Origin: Octopus vulgaris
Taxonomy: Eukaryota
DNA length: 64,000 nucleotides
Assembly: GCA_951406725.2 (NCBI GenBank)
Contig: OX597823.1
Coordinates: 48,422,001-48,486,000 of the forward strand
Direction of reading: 5' to 3'
Part shown: positions 53,664-64,000 of the stretch, piece by piece
Layout: the number at the start of each line of letters is the position of its first letter
Position numbering within the stretch: the stretch's first letter is position 1
Made by a program: the position numbers and the translations under genes
The notes under the pieces: generated by a model
Database searches by the model: none
The model's input: only the letters and a program-made list of their open reading frames with translations
Told to the model about the DNA's origin: nothing

Positions 53664-54347
53664 CTAGCTAAGGTACCCGGTAATAAATTACCGTTAATAA
53701 GATGTCTGTTTATAGCCATGAAACATTTTTCGTCAAACTTCAACATTTTTCAAAAATTAAAAATCTATATTAATGGGTAGGACCAATTCGATGAAAAAAT
53801 GAGTAGAGTTTGGTAGTGAGCCCGTGTCATTGTAATTTTTGTGTATGTGTGTAAAATGGCGAAATTTTACGCTTTGGGGCAGATTTCACTAAACTGATGT
53901 CATGACGGCTAGTATGCAAAATCCCTAAAATTTGCTTGAGAAATAAAATTATCTAATCAAAACCTAAAATGCTGTGGAATTAAAACAACGAATTGAAATA
54001 ATAAGTTTTAACAAATCACAACAATTCGCATTGAAATGAAGAATTAGCAAATGGTAAATAGATTACCTTTAATAAGCTGTTTGTTTTACCCATGAAATAT
54101 TTTGCGTCAAATTTTGGCATTTTTCGTCAAATTGATGGCTAGCATGAAAAATGCCAAAATTTTAAGATTTTTGAAAAATTGATGCTGATTAAAAATTGAT
54201 TTCTTTAAAATTCCAAGTGTGTCAGTGACCACATGGCCATAAGCCCCACACACGTGTCAAGTTTCATCAAAGTCAGTTGGATAGTCCCAGAGGAGTTAAA
54301 GTAACAAATTCACAAAGACACAAACTTGCCATTTATTACTATATATA
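53664..54347 (-). mobile_element. Non-autonomous Helitron, family H-D
   Basis: Minus-strand 3' end cggtaatttattaccgggtaccttagCTAG|T; body has gtgtcaagtttcatcaaagtc motif like H-C; 5' end merges into TA. Confidence 0.65.
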
Positions 54348-54426
54348 TTTAAACGCATACACACATATATATATATATATGCATATACACACACATATAT
54401 ATACATACATATATATATATACATAT

Positions 54427-54462
<36 letters not shown>

Positions 54463-54904
54463 GTAGGAGTTACAGCTATTATTATTTAAAACAGTTTGAT
54501 TTGGCTCCCATGCAGCTTAAAGTTTCATAGGCACCTTGCAAAAACCTAGCTTGTTTGGCACAGTTAACTGAGCCTACAAAACTAAGTAGGATGGGCCCAT
54601 TGTTATTTTAAATAACAATGATAGTAATAACCCATTCTACTATAGGCACAAGGCCTGAAATTTTGGGGTAGGGCAGTCGATTAGATCAACCCCAGTACTT
54701 AACGGGTACTTCATTTATTGACCCCGAAAGGATGAAACATGAAGTTAACCTCAGCAGAATTTGAACTGCAGAACTTAAAGATGATGAAATACTGTCGAGC
54801 ATTTTGCTAACGACTACCAGCTTGCCATGTTAATAATAACAATCATAATAATAATAATAATACTACTAATAATAATAATAATAATAACAATGATAATGAT
54901 AATA

Positions 54905-55305
54905 GGCACAGGAATGGCTGTATGGTAAGGAGCTTGCTTCCCAACCACATAGTTCCGAGTTCAGTACCACTGCGTGGCACCTTAGGCAGGTGCCTTCTAC
55001 TATAGACTTGGACCAACCGAAGCTTTGTGAGTGGATTTGGTAGACAGAAACTGAATGAAGCCCGTCATATATATTATCTATGCGTGTGTGTGTGTGTGTG
55101 TGTATTTGTGTGTCTGTGTTCGTACCCCCACCATTGTTGACAACAAATGTTGGTGTGCTTATGTCCTAGTAACCTAGCATTTTGGCAAAAGAGACCGACA
55201 GAATAAGTACTAGGCTTACAAAGACTAAGTCTTGGGGCTGATTTGTTTGACTAAAGGTAGTGCTCTAGCATGGTTGCAGTCAAAAGACTAAAACAAGTAA
55301 CAGAA
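54905..55305 (+). mobile_element. SINE S1 copy
   Basis: ggcacaggaatggctgtatggtaag ... gactaaaacaagtaacag. Confidence 0.85.
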
Positions 55306-55351
55306 TAAAAGAAAAAAAGAAAATATAATAATAGAAATAATAATAATAATG

Positions 55352-55403
<52 letters not shown>

Positions 55404-55555
55404 CACATACATAGACACATGTGTTACACATACAAATGGAGATATCAATAAATGAATATATAAATTAATATATACATATCCACGTGTGTATGTGTGTGTA
55501 TATATATATACACATATGTGTGTGTATATACACACACATGTGTGTGTATATATAA

Positions 55556-55588
<33 letters not shown>

Positions 55589-55727
55589 TACTTTTTAGAT
55601 GGATATATAAATATACATAGATATATATATATATATAAATTTCATCTAAACATACATATACATGTTTTGTAGAACATATATATGAATATATCTATAGTAG
55701 TTATATGTAATACACACACACACACAC

Positions 55728-55774
<47 letters not shown>

Positions 55775-56999
55775 ATACATGCGTGTCTGTGTGTGTGTGC
55801 GTATACATAAATTTATATACATACATATAAAGTTTTACATCACCATCATTGAATGTCCACTTTTCCATGTTTGCATGGTTGAAAAAGAATTAAATGAAGT
55901 GGAATTTTTAAGGCTGGGTGCCTTTCCTGTCACCAGGCCTCACCTGTTTCCCGGCCAAGTATGAGTTTTTCCCTATGCCCAGACAAGTAAAAGAACAACA
56001 TCAATTGTATGATAGTGTGACAGAGATGCTTTTACACAATCACCACATGATTTTAAAACAAAGGTACTCACACACACATACAAAATGGCCTACTTTCACT
56101 TTTCATCTACTGATTCCACTTACAAGGCTTTGGTTGCCTTAGGGCTATATGAGAAGAAACTTAAGACATTTGCTCCAAGTACCACACAGGGAGATTAAAC
56201 TCAAGACCACATGGATGGGATCACGTTTCTTACTAGTGAAGCATGCCTGTGCCTCTGTGTGTGTGTGTGTGTGTGTATGTGTGCGTGTGTGTGTCCGTGT
56301 TCCACTACCACTACTTGACAACCAGCTTTGGTGTATTTACATCCCTGTAACTTCGCAGTTCGGCCAAAGAGACCGATAAAATAAGTACTAGACTTCAAAA
56401 AATAGGTTCTGGGGTCAATTTCTTCAAGGCAGTGCCCCATTCAATGACTGAAACATGAGAAAAATAAAAGATAATGTGTGTGTGTGTGTGTATGTGTGTG
56501 TGTGTGTGTGTTTGTGTGTACATACACATACACAATGTGGACCAAAAGTCATGCACCAAGTAAGTTCAATACCCTCTGGAATTGTCTAAGATATGCTTTA
56601 ATTTTTCTAAAATTTAATGAAATGAATAAAATACTGATGAATACACACATACTTGCACATGATGAACAGGAAAAATTAATAATAATAATAATAATAATGA
56701 TAATAATAATAATAATAATGATAATAATATAATAATAATGATAATAATAATAATAATAATAATGATAATAATAATAACATAATATAAATAAAATGTTAAA
56801 TGTTTTGGTGTGTGATATTTGGCCCACACATGATGGATGGATGGTTCTGACAGACAGACAGATAGATAGGGCATCTGGCAGTAAAAATTCCACTTCAACA
56901 TGATCCGTATGACTCATCCAAACATTAGAATGTTGATAACACACATGAATATATTTGTGTATATATATGTGTGTGTGTGTGCATATATATGAAAATGTG

Positions 57000-57043
<44 letters not shown>

Positions 57044-57355
57044 TAGATAGACAGACAGACAGATAGATATGTATATATATAGCCTTTCTTCAATTTCTGT
57101 CTATCAGATCTACTGACAAGGCTTGGCTGACCCAAGGCTATTGTAGAAGATATTTGCTCAAAGTGCCACACAGTGGGACTGAACCCAGAACAAGGTGATG
57201 GGGAAACGTTTTATCACACAGCCAAACATATATACACATGCATGTGTGTGTGTGTATGTGTAGTAGTAGTAGTAGAACCTACATACTTCATAGGTATATA
57301 CAAAAGAGTCCACATACAATACACACACATATATACATGCATATATATATATATG

Positions 57356-57391
<36 letters not shown>

Positions 57392-57699
57392 CGCATACCT
57401 TCACACATATACACACATATTGCTATATATCATCTGGTCATAGGATGACTGACTTCAGCTTGAAACAAAATACTAAATATAGTAGCTTTGAAAATAGAAC
57501 ATTTATTCAAAACAGCTGCATTTTTTGATAAATGAAGATATTTTCTATTTTTGATAAACCATAAACTAGGCTTTGAAATATTTTTATATGAGTTTGGTCG
57601 TAGGGATATAACTCTGTGTATAAATATTTTTATTAATAATTTAAAAGAAAAACATGTATGTCAACTAAAAAAGAACAACATATATATATTTTACATATA

Positions 57700-57734
<35 letters not shown>

Positions 57735-57837
57735 GTATGTATATATGTATGTATATGTGTGTATATATATATATATATGTATGTATGTATATGTGTATAT
57801 GTATATATATATATATGCATATATATATATGTATATA

Positions 57838-57911
<74 letters not shown>

Positions 57912-58061
57912 TATATATATGCATATATATATCTATATATATATGAATATATATACATATATGCATATATATATATACATATATATGCATATATATATAT
58001 CCATATATATATGCATATATATAAATATATACATATATATATGCATACATACATATATATA

Positions 58062-58101
<40 letters not shown>

Positions 58102-58231
58102 TATATAAACACATATATATATACATATACATATATATAAACACAGACACACACACACACATACATACACAGAGGCATACATCATACATATATTTATATA
58201 CACATATACATACATAGATATACAAATATAT

Positions 58232-58285
<54 letters not shown>

Positions 58286-58989
58286 GTAGTTGATTTGGAT
58301 AATCTGATTTTATAGTGATGTCTATTATAGGCACTGGCCCCATTCTCGGAGGCAAGAATAGTGGATTAAAGCTATTATTGTAGTGTGTTTTATCAACTCC
58401 AGAAGGATGAAAGGCAAATTTCTCCCTCAGCGGAAGCCATTAAATCATAAACTCACATGCAGAAAAATGACAAAACCTGAAGTGTTTATACAACCACTTT
58501 TATGAAGAAATGCTTCAATATGTTGGTATAAAGAGTGTACTTTAAATGGTAAGATATTCAGTATTGAAATGTCAGCAAATTCAAGATGTTGGCATTTCAT
58601 TTTTTTGTTATTTTTTTTCTTTTCGTTGGAACAATGAATAAAAGGATCTAACATCTTAAAACAGAGAATTAAAAACTCATTAAAGGAAGTGTAGAATTGT
58701 CCTTTGCAGCATAGAGTAAGCAGAATGCCAGAACACCTTGCACTCCATTAGAAAAGGAGGTAAAGCACAAGTTGCCACATGCTAAAGTCCAGAATCTCTA
58801 TTTCATGAATAATAAAAATATTTAAAAAAAACCCTACTATATTAGTATACCAATGAAGTTTGTGTATATGAACGTCTGTGGTCAAAGGTAATTATGATAT
58901 CCATTTCAAATTTTGGCACAAGGCCAGCAATTTTGAGGATGGGACTAAGTCAATTACATCAACCCAAGTATCATTATTGGTGAGACACT

Positions 58990-59340
58990 ATTTCTTTTAT
59001 TCTTTTATTTGCATCAGTCATTTGACTGCGGCCATGCTGGAGCACTGCCTTTAGTTAAACAAATCAACACCAGGACTTATTCTATTGGTTTCTTTTGCTG
59101 AACCACTAAGTTACGGGGACCTAAACACACCAACATCAGTTGTCAAGTGATGGTGAGGGAACAAACACAGACACACAAATGCACACATATATGAAAGGCT
59201 TCTTTCAGTTTCCGTCAACCAAATCCATTCACAAGGCTTTGGTCGGCCCGAGGCTATAGTAGAAGACACTTGCCTAAGACACTGAACCCAGAAACATGTG
59301 ATTGGTAAGCAAGCTACTTATCACACAGCCACTCCTCCAC
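58990..59340 (-). mobile_element. SINE S1 copy
   Basis: Same family sequence in reverse orientation; another copy at 60520-60955. Confidence 0.8.
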
Positions 59341-59709
59341 CTATGAATATATTTTCCCGATAAACTCTTTCCTTGTGGTGAACTTTCCTCACTGTACTTT
59401 CTTCATTGTAAATTAATGGTTGTGGACTTTCCCTGTGGTGAATTGATGGCAGTGAGGAGATTGAACTTGGGATTGGGAAGGTATTTCCCTTACCATTCCA
59501 TCATGCTTTGTCAGTATAACTCTTCAGAAATCCTGAACATTAAATGTTTCCATTAACTTATCTTGCAGATAAGGGATTTTACATTCTTCCTTTCCATCTT
59601 TGTCCTTTTGGACGTAGTACAGAATGAACATGTATGTACAATATGTACAATGAATTTTTATTGGTAGCATTTTAACCCCTTATTCTATGGTACAAGCTTC
59701 TTGTTTTAA

Positions 59710-59924
59710 CCCTTTAGCATTTAAACCAGCCATATCCAGCCAAACTGTTCTACCTGTTTCAGGTTCAAACCGGCCAGATCTAGTTTCTCACATCTATTTT
59801 ACAGTATCATTCTAAAAATAAACAGTGACATTATTGAAATCTCAGAGTTACAAGATAATGCATTATTAATACAAAACTGAATAAATAAGCATTACTTTCA
59901 CAGAGTAATCTGAATGCTAAAGGG
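59710..59924. mobile_element. piggyBac-type MITE, opposite orientation
   Basis: ttaa|ccctttagcatt ... aatgctaaaggg; body is the reverse complement of 62919-63122. Confidence 0.7.
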
Positions 59925-60737
59925 TCCAAGTGCTGTAAGTTATATTCTTCCACCAAAATTTCATGTTAATTCATGTTCCATACACCGGCTTGATAATGGC
60001 TTCAAATTTTGTCACACGGCCAACTATTTCAGGAGATGGGGTAAGTCAATTATATCAACCCCAATACTCAGCTGGTACTTATTTTATAGATCCTGGCAGC
60101 ATTTGAACTCAGAATGTGAAGTCAGAAGAAATGCCACTTAAGCACTTTTTCCAGCAGAGTTACAGTACAGCCAGCTTGCTGCCTTATTTCATAATAGTAA
60201 TAATAATTTCAAATTTTGGCACAAGGCCAGTAATTTCAGAGGAGGGGGAATGTCGATTACATCAACCCTGGTGCTCAATTGGTAATTATTTCATCAACCG
60301 CAAAAGGATCAAAGGCAAAGTCGACCTCAGTGGAATTTGAACTCAGAACCAAAAGACAGACAAAATACTGTTAAGCATTTTACCCGGTGTGCTAACAATT
60401 CTTCCAGCTCCACAGCCTTCCATCAGCTGAATAATGACAGAAGTTATTTCACTAAATTCTTCATAATTTTCCAAATTAATTGAAATAAAAGCCATGTAGT
60501 TTTAAAAAAATATCATTTATATTTTACTAGTTTCAGTCATTAGATTGTGGTCATGCTGAAGTACCGCCTTGAAGAATTTTAGTCAAGCGAATCAACCCCA
60601 GGTTTTACTTGTTTTTAAGCCTAGTACTCATTCTATCAGTCTCTTTTACCGAACTGCTAAGTTATAGTAACATAAACACACTAACACCAATTGTCAAGCA
60701 GTGATGGGAGACTAACACAGACACATACACACACACA

Positions 60738-60782
<45 letters not shown>

Positions 60783-62045
60783 GGGCTTCTTTCAGTTTCT
60801 GTCTACTAAAAACATTCACAAGGCTTTGATCTACCCAAGGCTATAGTAGAAGACAGTTGCCTGTGAAATTGAACATAGTGAGATTGAACATAGTGAGATT
60901 GAACCCAGAACCATGTGGTTGAGAAGCAAACTTCTTACCACACAGCCACACCTGCATCTGGTAACAAAAGGAGAAAAATTTTAAGTATTTTATTTTTGTT
61001 ATTTTATTTTTTAGTCTTTTTTTTATTTTAAACTTTGTACAACTAAATTGGAAGTTTCTAGAAACCCATGACTGTGAAAGGTTTGTTAAAAACACATCAA
61101 AACTAAGTACTCTTCCAAATACCAAAACCACAACTATAAAGTGAGATTAGTAACTACTTTTAGTGAAAAAGTATTAATACTAAATAGAACAGAGTTTATT
61201 TGTGTGACCTCAAGACAGAGAAGTATACATTTAACTATACATCGTTATACCTATCATTGTAATAAAGCAAATAGGCCTATAAATGATATAAAACATCACT
61301 AGTTTCCCTGGACTTTTGTTTTTTATTTCCTATAAAAGTTATACTCATTCTTTACATTTTTCTAAAATATTCCATCCCAGAAAAAAATATAATCAATAAT
61401 TCATTATTGTTGCCATTTCATATCAACATTCTACCAGGATACTGATGAACAGATTGATAAGCAGGTTTGTTTTTTTTAATTTTATTTTATTCCTGATGAT
61501 GTATTTAATTGTTTTTTGCATAAAAAAAAACAAACTATTTGGCTCAATTGGAATATGATCTTGAGTTATGTATAACCCCATGATCAACAAATGGTAGGTT
61601 ACATTGAATTTTTGTTTTGTTTTGTGTGCATCTTGTGTTTTTTGTTTGTTTGTTTGTTTTTTCATTAGTTTGGGCAACACATTCATTTCTTTGAATTTTG
61701 GTTTAACGATATTAATTGAAAATAAATATAAAATGTAAGCACCATGAAATTCATAAGATAAGCTCACACAAAAATATTATCAAAATTATCAACCTATTAC
61801 ACAAAAGTACACAAGTATGGGTGCAGGCACGGTTGTGTAGAAGAAGTTTGCTTCCTAACCACATGGCTTTAGGTTCACTATCATTGCATAGCACCTTGGG
61901 CAAGTGTCTTCTTCTGTAGCCTCAGGCTGACCAAAGCCTTGCCAATGGATTTGGAGATGAAAACTGAAAGAAACCTAATGTGTCCAACCCATGCCAGCAT
62001 GGAAAGCAGACATTAAACAACAATGATGATGATGATGATGATGAC

Positions 62046-62087
<42 letters not shown>

Positions 62088-62481
62088 GCACACAAGTATT
62101 CGAGGTGCTTCATTCAACTAAGAATTCTTCAAGGCAGTGCTCCAGTATGGCCACTGTCTGATGACTGAAATTATGTCCCTCAGAAATGATGATTAGTTTC
62201 TAAAACTAAAGTTTGTATTGCAGGTTCAATTCTTGGTTGAGATATTTCATTTCTCTTACTCTTTGCTCATTGTTTACAATGTGTACCCCAGTTTTAGAAC
62301 AGGTAACATTGGTAGCATAGAGAGGGGATGCCGGTATGCATTGATGACTGCTGGTCTTCCATGAACAACCTTGCCTGGACTTGAACCTCGGAGGGAAACT
62401 TTCTAGGTGTAATCCCATTTTCATTCATGACCGAAGGGGGTCTTTACCCATTACCCTATTATAGATACGATTCAGTTAAAA

Positions 62482-62755
62482 TAGTGGTTCTCAACAAGGA
62501 TCCATATAATCCTTGGGGACCTATATGACTTGTGGGAGTCTATATATGATATTGCTGTAAAAATTTATGTGCAACAAATTGGTTAAACTTCTACAAGGCA
62601 CAAAATATTTTTACAGTATTTTATACAATACTTAATAATATTTAATTATAAAAATATAATATGGTTCTTTTAAACATTGAATGGTTATGAGGGTCCAGTA
62701 GAGTTAAATAGGAATCAAAAAGGTTTATAGGCATAAAAATGGTTGAGAACCACTG
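62482..62755. mobile_element. hAT-type MITE with the same TIRs as 7083-7865
   Basis: tagtggttctcaac ... gttgagaaccactg. Confidence 0.7.
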
Positions 62756-62918
62756 AGTAAAAGCCTAAATACCCAAATTTTGAACTTCTCAATTAGGAGT
62801 TCTCATGTCAAATTCTTTTTTGAATATTATTTAGCACACACATAGACGCACACAAACTACAACAGACACATTGAATGACAGGAAAATCTGGAATTCTGAT
62901 CGTAAAGGACAACTTTAA

Positions 62919-63122
62919 CCCTTTAGCATTCACATTATTCTGTCAAAAGTAATGCATGTTTATTCTCATTCTTTTGAAGTAATCATGCATTATCTTGTAA
63001 GATTTCAATGGTGTGACTATAAATTTATAGAATGACATTGTTGGACAGGTATGAGAGGTTGGATCTGATCAGTTTTAACATAAAACATGTAGAATACTGG
63101 GGCTGGCTTAAATTATAAAGGG
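62919..63122. mobile_element. piggyBac-type MITE, uninterrupted copy
   Basis: ttaa|ccctttagcattcacattattctgtc ... taaaggg|ttaa. Confidence 0.75.
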
Positions 63123-64000
63123 TTAAACCCTTTATTTGGATATTTTGCATATTGGTTTCGAATTTTGGCATAAGGCCAGCAAGTTCAGAGGAGAAGGCAA
63201 ATCAGTTACATTGACCCCGTGCTTGACTGTTACTTATTTCATTGGCCCCCAAAAGGATGAAGGGCAAAGTTGATCTTGGCAGAATTCAAACACAGAACAT
63301 AAAAATAAATTGCAGCCAAGCATTTTGTCCTGCAGGCTAACGATTCTGTTAGCTCATCATCTTATTTATATATCAATTTCATTGTTAATAAAAAGGGTAA
63401 AAAGGGTAAAGGCACCCTTCAGTTATGAATGATCATGGGATGCACCTAGAAAGTTACCCTCTGAGGCACAAGTCCAGGTAAGGTTGTTTATGGAAGACCA
63501 GCAGTCACCCATGTATACCAGTTACCCATCTCCATGCCACTGATATTATCCAAGGGAAGGGTAAAGGTCAATACAGCTTGGCACCAATGGCATTTTTACA
63601 GTTGAGTGAACTGGAGCAATGTGAAAAATAAAGTGTCTTGCCTAAAAGCACAACACACAGCTTGGTCCAGGAACTGAACTCACTACCACATGATTGTGAG
63701 CCCAATGCTTTAACCACTGAACCACGTAACTTCACTTTCATTGTTAATACAATCTATAACCATTATACAAGACAGACTGAAAATGTAATTTGTGCATCTG
63801 TTTTACTAAAAACTTTCTAAACACACCTTCCTCAAGACCAGAGTTACATCATATCATCTCATAAAGGAGGGGTTCCTCTCACACATGTTTCTTTTTGAAC
63901 ATGTAACAGTGGGGCCACCTATCCACCTCTCATCTTGATCTATGTAGAGATGGCCATCCCTATGATTAAGTCCTCAGAACATATCCCTGGCCATTCTTTG

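Noticed and set aside
61438-61464. Possible plus-strand microexon DTDEQIDKQ
   Set aside because: Isolated, no partner exons and no recognisable domain.

Overview
AT-rich, repeat-saturated animal genomic DNA, most likely a coleoid cephalopod (Octopus-type); this assignment is inferred from my recognition of the SINE families, not from a search. The window is almost all intron of a minus-strand gene. Three phase-compatible GT-AG exons (18365-18407, 8487-8673, 2227-2362) encode the end of one PH domain and almost all of a second (tandem-PH protein, PDZPH1-like architecture suspected). The rest is a nested transposon landscape: several tRNA-derived SINE families with modular bodies, a cluster of non-autonomous Helitrons in long (TA)n arrays (19.3-24.9 kb, plus copies at 41.6 and 53.7 kb), two decayed mariners, hAT/piggyBac/mariner MITEs, a young 5'-truncated CR1/L2-group LINE with an uninterrupted RT frame, decayed LINE and Penelope-like relics, and local tandem duplications. 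Nearly all supplied ORFs are microsatellite artefacts. Most interesting leads: minimal hammerhead-ribozyme motifs in short Penelope-like fragments, composite and nested Helitrons, SINE-internal microsatellites used repeatedly as insertion sites, a fixed-boundary ~118-bp repeat, and intronic inverted repeats. I do not see a clearly new protein-based system. Repeat boundaries were read by eye and are approximate.
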